64,000 nt of DNA. It comes from Saccostrea echinata. Taxonomy: Eukaryota. Positions 45,158-54,669 of this stretch are shown here, piece after piece; the stretch's first letter is position 1; every line of letters starts with the position of its first letter. The stretch is taken from the NCBI RefSeq assembly GCF_033153115.1, contig NW_026889803.1:10106001-10170000 (forward strand). Direction: 5' to 3'. Under the pieces are notes generated by a model. The model searched no databases, was not told the DNA's origin, and saw nothing but the letters and a program-made list of their open reading frames with translations. Position numbers and translations under genes: made by a program.

Positions 45158-45794
45158 TCTCAATTAGTTATGTGGCTTTTAAAATGTCATATCTAGAACG
45201 TCACGACTTAGAAATATCAATCATGTTCAAGTTCACATTTCCTAAAAATAAATTTTATAAGATTGATAAATAGGTAAGTAGGGGGTCGGTTGGACAAACT
45301 CATATTTATTATCTGAGAACTTTTTTTTCCTAGCAAAGACAGCGGAGGTGGGGGTTTACCATTAATGTCAATACCCTCGGTAAACCAGCTCAAATTTTAT
45401 ATCATTATCAGGAAGGCTAATATCAAGAATCTATGCACATGAAATAAAAATGACAAACATTGGAGGGAAACCCATTGGAAGAGGGGTTGAACCCTTCTCT
45501 CTTCCTACGATCATACATGATTAACAGGACGGCATGTAAAACCCTCATATCACTACATTTTTCTATATTTTTTCTAAAATTTCACAAAATTATAGGTCCC
45601 TGGTAAATCAGAATCACCAAGCACCTAAAAAATCAACCAGATATTTTCTAAATTACCTGCAGCTGTTGTGGAATAGGTCTCCCGAAAAGACGATTAACAG
45701 TGTTTGATACTCCATTTGAAAAATTTTGAATAATTCCATTGGAACCGAAAATTTTCGATCGCATTGTTGCCATTGTTTTTCGACCCCCAGGCAT
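5415..45794 (-). CDS. PLEKHG4: Puratrophin-1-like / PLEKHG4-PLEKHG4B-ARHGEF40 family Rho guanine-nucleotide exchange factor; spliced gene with 24 core coding exons, ~1470-1501 aa depending on first exon
   Basis: Manual splicing gives one open frame with GT-AG introns and matching phases (4413 nt using the 44316-44360 first exon). DH motifs: IMREMVQTERDYV, IFGNIEKIYQFH, SYLLKPVQRMGKYALLL, FQLRHGNDLLAMD. PH motifs: QGRLLRQDEF, RHVFLFEDLILFSK, VGLTEN..FEIWFR. Family tail: MGIGNKPCLEIKP, RTRNSIAVSSFDH. Sec14-like: LPGSRD..RPVVF, QLPLDLDG.Y.YNHEEWI. N-terminal WPVCFNENIVIHL..L.VGDFYV resembles the ARHGEF40/PLEKHG4B N-terminus. The exact vertebrate ortholog cannot be resolved. Confidence 0.92.
5525..5664 (-). 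CDS. PLEKHG4: RhoGEF exon 23 (ESGIGTDISSGED...DTISTD)
   Basis: tttcag|AG; GAT|gtaaga; 140 nt, phase 1-0. Confidence 0.85.
5900..6076 (-). CDS. PLEKHG4: RhoGEF exon 22 (SRTRNSIAVSSFDH...RPHSIISVSSTSSSSSS...)
   Basis: ttacag|CA; ATG|gtaaac; 177 nt, phase 1-1. Confidence 0.9.
6385..6504 (-). CDS. PLEKHG4: RhoGEF exon 21 (EKHMSEMATMGIGNKPCLEIKP...)
   Basis: poly-T then gcag|AA; AGT|gtaagt; 120 nt, phase 1-1. Confidence 0.92.
6615..6789 (-). CDS. PLEKHG4: RhoGEF exon 20, PH (MAEVGLTENYG...LWNQAIKNR)
   Basis: caacag|ATG; GGG|gtgggt; 175 nt, phase 0-1. Confidence 0.93.
7019..7192 (-). CDS. PLEKHG4: RhoGEF exon 19, PH (VNLQEQGRLLRQDEF...YLYKFSLK)
   Basis: cgttag|GTA; AAG|gtagag; 174 nt. Confidence 0.95.
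7389..7466 (-). CDS. PLEKHG4: RhoGEF exon 18, end of DH (AAEQMVKFQLRHGNDLLAMDSLRDCD)
   Basis: ttacag|GCA; GAT|gtaaga; 78 nt. Confidence 0.95.
7664..7807 (-). CDS. PLEKHG4: RhoGEF exon 17, DH (DKQAKLGDRMDLGSYLLKPVQRMGKY...)
   Basis: ctacag|GAT; AGG|gtcagt; 144 nt. Confidence 0.95.
8025..8114 (-). CDS. PLEKHG4: RhoGEF exon 16, DH (EAQFYLYALYNKNKPKSD...FFK)
   Basis: gtatag|GAG; AAG|gtagga; 90 nt. Confidence 0.95.
8276..8525 (-). CDS. PLEKHG4: RhoGEF exon 15, start of DH domain
   Basis: cacag|G; CAT|gtgagt; 250 nt; EMVQTERDYV and IFGNIEKIY motifs. Confidence 0.95.
8729..8887 (-). CDS. PLEKHG4: RhoGEF exon 14 (SLPEEEE...PPPVPPLP...EKSK)
   Basis: tttttag|C; AAG|gtatgg; 159 nt, phase 2-2; polyproline motif. 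Confidence 0.9.
9594..10003. mobile_element. MITE-like element with ~85-bp imperfect terminal inverted repeats (intron 13)
   Basis: Left TCATCTTCCTTACCCAAGGG...AAAGTTGGGATT matches the reverse complement of right AATCCCAACTTT...CTAGCGAAGATGA. Confidence 0.75.
10033..10434. mobile_element. hAT-like MITE
   Basis: Ends TAGGAAT.../...CATCCCTA; 8-bp TSD TGATACAG (10025-10032) / TGATATAG (10435-10442); subterminal (T/C)GATA repeats. Confidence 0.7.
10665..11548 (-). CDS. PLEKHG4: RhoGEF exon 13 (TYEWALDAMKY...ASSDSLS)
   Basis: tttttcag|ACA; AAG|gtgaga; 884 nt, phase 0-2; within the 306-aa ORF. Confidence 0.92.
11818..12012 (-). CDS. PLEKHG4: RhoGEF exon 12 (THIEKGNDLLDEA...YQLLDR)
   Basis: tttcag|ACC; AGG|gtaagt; 195 nt, phase 0-0. 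Confidence 0.9.
14727..14849 (-). CDS. PLEKHG4: RhoGEF exon 11, spectrin-like (IITWTERTGEECLQRH...FYFSAM)
   Basis: tttttag|ATT; ATG|gtaaga; 123 nt, phase 0-0. Confidence 0.9.
18311..18449 (-). CDS. PLEKHG4: RhoGEF exon 10, spectrin-like (RDLMESV...LREFEEECTK)
   Basis: ctttcag|A; AAG|gttagt; 139 nt, phase 2-0. Confidence 0.9.
18901..19151 (-). CDS. PLEKHG4: RhoGEF exon 9, spectrin-like (ELDPFMSK...HSEDY)
   Basis: atacag|GAA; CAG|gtgagc; 251 nt, phase 0-2. Confidence 0.9.
19315..19431 (-). CDS. PLEKHG4: RhoGEF exon 8 (LDVLL...QLPLDLDGLYMYNHEEWIRFHV)
   Basis: tctttaag|CTG; GTG|gtatga; 117 nt; end of the CRAL-TRIO-like domain. Confidence 0.88.
19519..19623 (-). CDS. PLEKHG4: RhoGEF exon 7 (GNCPGGIAVLHF...TPFK)
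   Basis: ttgcag|GGG; AAG|gtaagg; 105 nt, phase 0-0. Confidence 0.88.
19813..19912 (-). CDS. PLEKHG4: RhoGEF exon 6, Sec14-like (REEVRIRGVTIV...LYLFE)
   Basis: ttacag|G; GAG|gtaata; 100 nt, phase 2-0. Confidence 0.9.
20189..20312 (-). CDS. PLEKHG4: RhoGEF exon 5, Sec14-like (GSRDSEERPVVFIF...LLMYYRSVP)
   Basis: ttcag|GG; CAG|gtaggt; 124 nt, phase 1-2. Confidence 0.9.
21905..22218. mobile_element. hAT-like MITE remnant
   Basis: Ends CAGGGCCCTC.../...GAGCCCTG; no clear TSD. Confidence 0.45.
24185..24577. repeat. Minisatellite, ~39-bp unit GATCCCCATCACTGGAATCCCAAACAGTTAATTACTTATA
   Basis: About 9 degenerate tandem copies; explains the repeated DPHHWNPKQLITY ORF. Confidence 0.9.
25661..25843 (-). 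CDS. PLEKHG4: RhoGEF exon 4 (EGLSAMNSNGGG...LLNSGIAVLP)
   Basis: tttcag|AG; CAG|gtaaag; 183 nt, phase 1-1. Confidence 0.88.
27255..28683 (-). CDS. PLEKHG4: Large acidic Ser/Asp/Glu-rich optional exon of the RhoGEF (alternative first or cassette exon; 5' boundary uncertain)
   Basis: 508-codon stop-free ORF inside the intron; donor ATG|gtaagc is phase 1, in frame with exon 4. Confidence 0.7.
32005..32455 (-). CDS. PLEKHG4: RhoGEF exon 3 (DEEWCNC...WPVCFNENIV...GDFYVYV...CLT)
   Basis: ttcag|GAT; CAG|gtatgt; 451 nt, phase 0-1; WPxC/GDFY family motif. Confidence 0.85.
38245..38371. mobile_element. Small TA-flanked MITE (Tc1/mariner-type)
   Basis: TA|CTGTA...TTTTCGCCCC and GGGGCGAAAA...TACAG|TA inverted ends. 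Confidence 0.65.
40853..41035 (-). CDS. PLEKHG4: RhoGEF exon 2 (DEVVDLDNILQGHL...FQTLKK)
   Basis: Poly-T tract then tgtag|GAT; donor AAG|gtataa; 183 nt, phase 0-0; resembles the family N-terminal domain. Confidence 0.8.
42243..42570 (-). mobile_element. Decayed Helentron/HINE-like element
   Basis: TTTTTATACCCC...GGG.TTATA hairpin, GTCC-type microsatellite remnant, T-rich flanks. Confidence 0.35.
43076..43251. mobile_element. pogo/Tigger-like MITE
   Basis: TA TSD; 24-bp imperfect TIRs CAGTTGAACTTTAGTATCTCGAAC / CAGTCGAACGTCATTATCTTGAAC. Confidence 0.8.
44316..44360 (-). CDS. PLEKHG4: Candidate first coding exon 1b (MTKASPMFFIKLESK)
   Basis: 15 codons, donor AAG|GTAAAT, phase 0 matching exon 2, in a CpG-enriched stretch (~43.8-44.4 kb). 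Confidence 0.5.
45087..45157. repeat. Compound microsatellite (TG)n(CG)4(TA)n(GA)n
   Basis: Directly visible. Confidence 0.95.
45657..45794 (-). CDS. PLEKHG4: Candidate first coding exon 1a (MPGGRKTMATMRSKIFG...PQQLQ)
   Basis: 46 open codons from ATG, strong donor CAG|GTAATT, phase 0 matching exon 2, CpG-containing context. Confidence 0.6.
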
Positions 45795-47053
45795 CTCAGA
45801 TCAACTTTTCCGTCTTACTCCCTTCTTTCTCCCACACCTTCAAATGTTTTTATTGCATCCCCATGTTATGTCGGTTACGAGAACATCCTTTGATCAAGCA
45901 CAGTCGAGTTGTTGCAACGCATTTTAATTTCCCCTTTTCCGGTCTGCGAAGTTTAAGGTGACAGGGTAATGGTCCCAGATAATAATACTGTACACTCAGA
46001 AACGAGTTCATATATATCATGCAATTTTAAAGAGCCTCACCGTCTCTCTCACCTGTCGAATCTGTGTTACCTTGATGCAACCTTAACATTTGTTAATATC
46101 GTTCAGGATAAAGTTGTTAGAAAAAAAGATAAATTTTTCACTTGCTTAGTTCTTATATGGAATTCAAACCACGAATTCCAGATAAGAAGTCATTGTGAAA
46201 TAATTCAATGAATGGTCAGACGGATTATGTCCCTAAATTGCTTGAAATAACTCATTAAAAACGCATAGCATGAAAGAACGAAAAAAAGGAATATACTTGT
46301 GTTGAATACCTGCCCCCAGGCTTATATATGTATTGCCACACCATTTACAAAAATCTTAATCTACTATAGTTTAAAAAAGAGGATGTACGTTAGGAACACG
46401 GGAAGAAAATAGTCGTATGGAAAATTATGTACTTTAGTAAGAAATATAAATTTCTCACGGTACTCCTGTCTGTTCATCCAAAACTTCGTATAGAATTTCA
46501 TTGCTAACTCTGCATGTAGCGTGTCAAATTCATCTCAGTTAGGAATTGCTCGATGACAAACGAGGATATGTTTTCCCCCATATAATTATACAATGATTAC
46601 AATCTTTAAAAAGACTTAAATTACTCTAAACACCATATAAGATATATGATTTTCATGCATTTTTATAAATTTATTTGTCCAAAAATGCAGATGTCGGCAT
46701 CAACCACTACTTTACGCTGTGATGAATGTTATTCACGAAAGAATGAAACAGCTGATCAGTCAATGGAAGAATGGAGAGTGTCAAATTAATCTATCTTTAG
46801 AATGTTTACGTACATTTTCTTATTTATAAGCTAAAATTAATAAGACATAGAATAATAAATGTTGAGTGTCTACTAACTGAAATATGTACACCATTTCTCA
46901 AGATATGGACATTGTCCACTTTGTGGAAAAAAAAAACAACTTAAGGATATCCGTTCCTCAGCTAGGAAGAATAACTCTTAAATTTATTATTTTATTTAAA
47001 AAGTCTCAAAATGAAGCTTGAAATTGAGATCTTTTCGTGCATAAAACAATAAC

Positions 47054-47054
<1 letters not shown>

Positions 47055-47090
<36 letters not shown>
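47055..47090. repeat. Poly-A tract (36 nt)
   Basis: Directly visible. Confidence 0.9.
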
Positions 47091-47094
<4 letters not shown>

Positions 47095-50090
47095 TTTCAG
47101 AGAAATCGAATTTCCTGTAGTCTAGCATTAGATACCACAGCTTATTAGCATGATATGAAATTGGATGTGATATGTGATGCCTAGCAATTATAGCACAAGC
47201 TTTTTACACTATGTATTATATGACAATTTAAGTAAAAAGAAGAACTAAAATACTGTATAAGCATAAAAAAGATGCAATTGTCTCCAATTGCCTGGATACC
47301 TATATATTTTTTATCCTAAATTATATTTGTTGATCAATTTTCAATAAGAAAATGCATAGCTGGTGTTTTTATTCGCAGTTCCTGAAAATATATTTGAGAT
47401 ATGATAATTTTCTTTATATAATATGATTAACTATAATGATGAACTTTGAAGAAATTTCATGGGTAAATTCACGTTACTATGTGAAATCAGAGACATTTTT
47501 GTGAGCATCTTCAAATACTTAAAAGCTGATTTTCAGAACCTGAGGATCGGGGTACCTTAAATTCTTCAAGAATATCCTGTGGCCTCACTAAAAGGCAAAA
47601 TCTTTTTTCATCCTTAGCGATTTGATTTCTGCTACAAAGTCTCTGTGTCTGTTGGGTGTTTAATCAAGAAGACCTTTCAGAAGCATTAAGAGACTAATTA
47701 TTGTGCTAAAATTTTCGTGCTTTATGTACTCACCCCTGAATCCTGCAAAGGAAATATCTCCGCAAAGGGAGGGTGGGAGGGAGGGGACATTATTTTATTT
47801 TGCCTAAATTGTACACGTAGTCAACCAGTTGGATGATAATTGATGTACAATTTGAATACGTCGGACTGTAAACAATGTTCAGCAATTTTCATTATAGAAA
47901 GAAGATTCGCACATGTACAAAAACGAGCTTATTTTAAATAACTGAAAAATGGTGAAATAAAACTCAGATTAAAAATTCAATAAAGAAAAATAGTAAAATA
48001 TTTTAACCCAGATTTTTACAAGAAAATAGACGCGTACGAATTGTTTCTTATATGTTTTAATATTAATACATGTCAATCTTTGTTCAAAATGTTTTAATTC
48101 TACCACATTATCCGTTATTTTTAAGCTCATTTTTTTCAAATTTTAAGGGCGAAGGACGAAGAGGCGCCGTCTGATGATCTTTTAAATATACCAATTTAAG
48201 AAAGTTTAATTCGCACTGTTGCAGTGAAATGATTTTAAAAAATGTTAAAGGATTAATCCCAAAGTACTGAGAGAGAGAGAGAGATAGAGAGAGAGAGAAT
48301 GTTTTCGCATCACTGTACAGGTGTGACCAATAACCTTTTCTTTACAAAAAAACCTTACCATTAAATCCTGCGTTGTTACGATTAAACCTCTGTAACAATG
48401 GCAACTATAGTGGACTCCCTTCCTCAGTACAAATAACTGACAGAGACCGGAAGATAGCCCACATATCACGCATTCAATGGTTGTCCAGCGGAGGTGTTTC
48501 AGATTTTTCTGAACCCATCAAGTTAATAACAACAATTTGGACTGAAATTCTTTCAGATTTACAAAGGCTTGAGAAAGCTCATCTTCATTACTCGGACAGT
48601 TTGGAGTATTTAAAACATTATCCCCAAGGCAACGTTGGGCATCTTTTCTTTTAAGTTTACAACAAATACTAAGTCATATCTCTGAAGAAAAACATTAAAA
48701 GTACATTTTAAGAAAACTTTATTGCTATTCACAAATTAACAATACTTTTGTTATTGTAATAAAAAATCATGAATTGGTGAATACCAGCCACTGTACCCAA
48801 AAGCAATTACTTACAACCAAACTTCATTCCTAATAAACCCTCGAAATATCAACGCATTTAAAATTTTCAAGTATTATCAAAATATAATTTCCCGTTTGGG
48901 AGTCGAGCACTATAATAGAATTCTTATGCAATGTTCAGGATTGGGACAGCGTGCCTACCCTATTTGGAAAAAAGAAATCTACAACATTCAGTTGTCCTCT
49001 ACCGAATTCACCTTTTTATTCAATTTATTTAATTTGTATATGACAATTCAAATTTAAAAAAAAATAATCAAAATTTGGTATAGAGGACACTATCTTTATC
49101 AGTGTATCAATGCTATTAATGACTAAATAATGTTGTTGTAACTGAAATCGTTGTGAGATCCCCTTGTGTATTGTCAACAGATTATTGTTTAGACAATATC
49201 CTGTATGTTTATCTATGTTATGATGAGAAGGAAGCAAACATTGACATTTGATACATATTTACCATAAAAGAACCAATCCTTTAAGTAGATTATTATATAA
49301 CACATAACACAACGGCCGCTTTTAAATCATTGACTTTTCTTAAAATATGATCTTGGTCTGACACAAAGTGTACTCACTTATACTGTCTTGGAAAGCCCAC
49401 CTGCTTCGGGGGATTTTATAAGCAAAACCTGAGCACCCACATCACCTGATACATGAGGCATTGTATATACATAATTCTATAATTCTGTAAACGTTAATTT
49501 TTGACCGATGATAATCACGCACCTTGTTTATGAATGGAATTCTGAAAATAGTTCATTAATATCTATGTTGACATTTGTGGTCTGTTTATATAAACTGTAT
49601 AAATCCGTGTTTCTGATAGACTGTATGATGTTTATCAATTTATAATGACCGAACCATTCATAAATATTGCGTCTACTGTGTCTCATCTTATCACAGTGAA
49701 TAACCTTTAAGTACTGACCTTAACAATGGGCAGGATTGAAAAATTACTGACGCTTAAGGTGAATCGACCCTTTCCAAGTAGGGATAACTCTGAAATTGAT
49801 AATTTGAAAAGTCTATGTTTCCTATATAAAAATTTCCTCTTTAATGATTTGTCTCAAATTTTATCTTGTATGATACACTTAAGTTAAACATTTTAAAATC
49901 TCTTTCATGTTGGAAAATTGACAACTTTACTGAAAAAAATCTGTTGAAGTAAGCGAAGGGCATTCAGTATTTGTTCTTCCTTAAACATCATTATCATGCA
50001 AAATTTTTTAACTTTCATTTGCAAAGCAAATTTAGTTATTCAGAAAAAAAATATTTTGGTGAAAGGATGATTGCTGAGCACATTTTGGGC

Positions 50091-50208
50091 GTACTATCAT
50101 GATGTAAATTTTGAATTTACTAGGAGGAGGTAAATGCAAAATTTACAACATTGTAAATTTTGCATTTACCTCCCCCTAGTAAATTCAAAATTTACAACAT
50201 GATAGTAC
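50091..50208. repeat. Foldback palindrome, copy 2
   Basis: GTACTATCATG...CATGATAGTAC, an almost perfect ~58-bp-arm hairpin with virtually no loop. Confidence 0.9.
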
Positions 50209-51430
50209 TGTCAAAAGGTTCACCTTTGCGCAAGAAGGCCATGGAATTTTTCTGCTATAAAATCGTACACAGCTACCAAACTAATCTTTACTTCCAGTCT
50301 GTATCCATAAACGACTGAACATAGGTTTTTTTAGTGTTTGGCGAAAAAGATTATGATAAGGTACAAATTAGACAACATTTAATTAAGATTTCTCACTCTC
50401 CCGAGTGTTACCAAACCATTTTGATAGTCTATAACTAGTTGAAAAAGCAAACTTTAAGGTTGGTATTCCAACTTTAAAGTTGGAAAAGCCAAGATTAAAG
50501 TACATGTATAAATAAAATTTATACTCCACTTAGGTCACTTTTTTTTTTTTCGATGAATGCTTACTTTTAAAGAATTAAATTAAATCAAATAATGTGTTGA
50601 ATTCTTTCAAAACGCTACTGCTCCTATATTTTGTTTGTCTGATTTTAATACTGGTAAAACCTGGTACATTAGTAGACTAAACCAGGAATCATTATTCTTT
50701 TTGTTGGTGTTGCTATAGCTACTAAATAAGGAATATGTGAAAATCATTCAAAATGCTGCTCGTCTTACAGTTTTCTACTCGTCTTACAGATTTCAACAAA
50801 ACCTGTTACTAATTTAGAAAACTCGGAAACTTTTTTTTCCTGAATTAAAAAAAAGTCCAGGTGCTACATTTCTCTTCCTTTTATTAAATATAAGTAGAAA
50901 CCAGTAGAGATAGCCTAATGAGATAGTTCTGGGTTTTTTTGTTTTGTTTTTCTAATAAAGTGGAGCGATATTCTTGCAATTTAAGAAAAGTATGTATTAG
51001 CGTAACAAGATGCAGATTGGGAGGCAAACATAATTTATGCCAAAAGGAGTTACCTTTCCTTGTTAACAAATACATGACTGCCTACAAATGGAACTCAAAC
51101 CCAATATAATTTCATTTAATGATCACGGGGAAATAATAAGAAAAAAAATGTCATAACGTTGTTTTGTCAAGTGTTAAAATTAATGTAGGTCAACAAAATG
51201 CCATGTTTATGATGTAAACCTCGTTCAACTAATTGTTCATAAGATATTAAATATTAGACTCTCAGTATTTTCTGAGTCCCCAGATGTTTAATTGCATAAA
51301 CACAAGGAATAAATATGTTTATACACATTTGAAAGTCTATTGACCGGTAGATTTTGTTTCGAAAAGTTTGTGAAGAAAGCAGAACTGATGTACCAGTATC
51401 TATGTTTTTATTGCTCGAGAGATCTTTCAC

Positions 51431-51593
51431 NNNNNNNNNNNNNNNNNNNNNNNNNNNNNNNNNNNNNNNNNNNNNNNNNNNNNNNNNNNNNNNNNNNNNN
51501 NNNNNNNNNNNNNNNNNNNNNNNNNNNNNNNNNNNNNNNNNNNNNNNNNNNNNNNNNNNNNNNNNNNNNNNNNNNNNNNNNNNNNNNNNNNNN
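51431..51593. other. Assembly gap (163 N)
   Basis: Run of N. Confidence 1.
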
Positions 51594-52030
51594 ATTCACT
51601 TTTATAAGGATACCCACTTCCGCCCCGGCCCAACCCGTGGTTGAACTCTCGACCTATGGAATCTGTCTCCTAGCAGTACAGGAACAGCTTGCTAGACCGC
51701 TCGGTCATTTAGACAAGTCAAAAAACTTGAATTCGATGCCGATGGAATTCTCGCGGCGCTGTCCTACTCTATACACGGTCATTGAGAATGAAAGTGAGAT
51801 AAAGTTATTTGGACATTAATTTATTTTTATTAGAGGATTGTTACTGATACACGTTGTAATGAATTAATTTTATTTAGAAAGCACATTTTACAACAACTCT
51901 TAAACTAACATAACTGTCCTGATAGTGGGTATCCTTATAAAATTGAATTTCTTTGTGCTTTCTATATTAAATTATTTCTTCACTTATAGGACAGTTATGT
52001 TAGTTTAAGAGTTGTTGTAAAATGTGCTTT
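51594..52030 (-). mobile_element. tRNA-like repeat with nested inverted duplications
   Basis: A-box-like TGACCGAGCGG (51697-51707) and B-box-like GAGTTCAACC (51639-51648) on minus; perfect 43-bp inverted repeat 51878-51920/51988-52030; 25-bp inverted repeat 51594-51618/51924-51948. Confidence 0.6.
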
Positions 52031-52087
52031 ATAAAAAAAAGGGTTACTGCCTTTGTCGTGATTAGCATTATTTGTGCCAGCTAAAGC

Positions 52088-52147
52088 TGGTGACGTCTCT
52101 ACATGAGTGAAAAAGAAATCTCGAATGGGAATAAACAAAATAAAAAC
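52088..52147 (+). mobile_element. Isolated SINE 3' tail fragment
   Basis: GGTGACGTCTCTACATGAGTGAAAA...TCTCGAATGGGA matches the 3' end of the SINEs at 52751 and 59958. Confidence 0.6.
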
Positions 52148-52454
52148 GTCCCAAAGATATGACCCAGGCACAGTTTCATAATTTCTTATTCAGTGAACTT
52201 GATCTTTAAGATAATCTTGAATCCAATTTATGACAAATCTTTCTGTCATCAACAACAGCATACCGACGTTAATATTTCAACAAGGGTTCCAAACTTATGG
52301 ACTTTGTACAAAGACCCTGATTATGGAGACATAACCACTGATCTAAGATCATGACATACCTAATGGTCACTGACAACAACAAAGTATTACTCTTTAAATC
52401 CAACACAAAGCCAAATTCAAGATCCACACATAAAATTATCAGTAAGACAGACTG

Positions 52455-52650
52455 CTAGGTAAAACAGGGCAGAAACCCATGTCTAAACCAAAAAGATAGA
52501 TAAAACAGGACAGAATACCCATGTCTAAACCAAAAAGATTGGTAAAACAGAGCAGATATCCATGTCTAAACCGAAAAGGTAAAACAGGGCAGACACCCAA
52601 CCAAAATGATAGCTAGGTAAAACACGGTAGACACCCATGCCTTAACCAAA
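52455..52650. repeat. Minisatellite, ~42-bp unit GGTAAAACAGGGCAGAxACCCATGTCTAAACCAAAAAGATA
   Basis: About 5 tandem copies. Confidence 0.85.
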
Positions 52651-52750
52651 TGTTTTCCCTCTTGTTTTGGATGATATTAAAAATACAGAAAAAAAATATA
52701 CTGAAATTGTAATTGTAATTAAAATTTTAGGCTAATCTTCAGTTACACTG

Positions 52751-53092
52751 GCCGTTCCGAAAGCTCAGTCGGTAGAGCGCTCGCTCCGTGATCGGAGGTC
52801 GTGTGTTCGAATAACGGCTGCGACTGACCTAAGTCGATAAAAAATAGGTAGCAACTGTTCCTTCGCCAAGCTCTCGGCACTTTGAAGTGAAAGTTGCGGT
52901 CCTTCGGATGAGACCTTAAAAACCGAGGCCCCGTGTCACGGTGAGCGTTGGCACGATAAAGAACCCTCACTGCTCAGAGGCCCTGAGTGCCGAGTAAAGT
53001 TCTAGATTTGAAGCCCTTCGCCGGTATATGGTGACGTCTCTATATGAGTGAAAAATTCTCGAACGGGACATGAAACAACATACAATCAATCA
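52751..53092 (+). mobile_element. tRNA-derived SINE (BivaMD/Meta-Deu-like), full length
   Basis: A box AGCTCAGTCGG, B box GTTCGAATA, central core AAAAACCGAGG.CCCGTGTCACGGT...GGCACGATAAAGAAC, (CAAT)n tail; TSD AGTTACACTG at 52741-52750 and 53093-53102; second copy at 59958. Confidence 0.9.
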
Positions 53093-54669
53093 AGTTACAC
53101 TGAGCATTATGATATCACGATTTGATCACTATGAGGGAGCAGAGGGCATTATTGTCTTTAAGAAGTGTTCGTCTCTGCTGAACTTAATATCTTCCATGTA
53201 ATGCCTTGTAAACCAACTTTTTGAAAACCAGTAGACAAATGAGACATGATTCTCACATCGAGAAATGAATCTCAAATGGAAGTCCTACCTAATGTTTAAG
53301 GTTCATAAACCCTCTGCTCACTCAAATATATTAAAATATTGCATTAACTCTTATGATTTTCCAAAAGAAATGTATTTTACAAGTAAAAAAAAACAAACAA
53401 TTGTATCATGGCTCCGGGGCAAAATTGGACAAAAAGATATTTCAACTTGACAAATTTATAAAGGAATAATATCATTCAGAGTTATCTCTCTTATCAGAGT
53501 TTCAATGAACCTTAATACAATAAAATTAGAAATTAATTCTTTTGTGTAGGCCAAGCTGATAAAGTTGATTTATATCACAACAATGACAGTGATAAAAAAC
53601 TTTTAATTTACTGAATGAAAGAATGTATGATGTTTAATAAAAAAACTTTACAGGTAATGTCTTATTACTGACAAGTATTTCACAATATTAGAAATTTCTA
53701 AATTGTAGGGCCGTTTGAGGGATAATGCATGCCACATGTACTTATGAAAGCCTACTGATAAAAGAATATGTACTTTCCAAAGAAAAAAGGAAATATTTGT
53801 AATTATTTTCTGATATAATATTGATTAACATGTTTACTTAAGACAGTAAATTACTATTTTGGATCTGTTAATGTATCAGAATTATGCTTTTAAATAAAAT
53901 GTTATTGTATTTTGCCGAGAACCACAGCTGTATTCCAATAAAGAATATTGAAGAAGTTCATATGTACTGTCCGAAGAATGAAAATAAGTAATTGGTTTCT
54001 AATTATGTTCTCGTATAATATTAATAAACATGTTTACTTATAAGAGTACTTGAACATTTGCTCGTACCAGATTTCTTGAACATTTTCAAGACTACTTAAA
54101 CTTTAACGTGCACCTTTACACTTGAGTTTTTACTTGAACAAGAATACTCAGTGCTTGAGCTTTTACTTTTGCTAGATTACTTAAACTTGTCTTAGTCTTC
54201 TTGGACCTTGACTTGTGCTAGACTGCTGGAGATCTGTACTAGCATTACTGAACTTTTTACTGTAGAAGATTAGTTGAAGGTTTCTTGTGGTGGACTTCTT
54301 TGAAATTTTACTAATTCTAAACTTTTTTTATTTTAAACAATCCCTTTCCTCAATATTTCTTAATTGCATAGGATTAAACGAGGTTGTGGTGTATCATTTG
54401 AATCTCCATTCTCAGATTTTGCTTTCAGCTTCTTTTCCTTTTTTTTTTTTTTTTTTTTTTTCGAAATTCTTATAGTACTTGAATATATAGTAATTAGAAA
54501 AGCCTCAAACACAGCACGAAGTATTTTGAGTTCAAACGAATCCCTAGGAAATAGAAACCGAAAAAAACGAGATGCGTTCAATAAATAATGCAACATACGG
54601 TTTATAATAATAAATGTAGACGAAGTTAATTTTATTTTTTCACATTAGAAAGTTCTATGAAATATATGG

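Noticed and set aside
51340-51819. ORFs spanning X runs
   Set aside because: Artefacts of the N gap
52751-52825. tRNA gene (also 60235-60308 on minus)
   Set aside because: No proper acceptor stem; continues into a SINE body and tail with TSDs
54040-54330. Protamine-like or histone H1-like gene
   Set aside because: K/S-rich patches are short and broken by stops; no H1 globular domain
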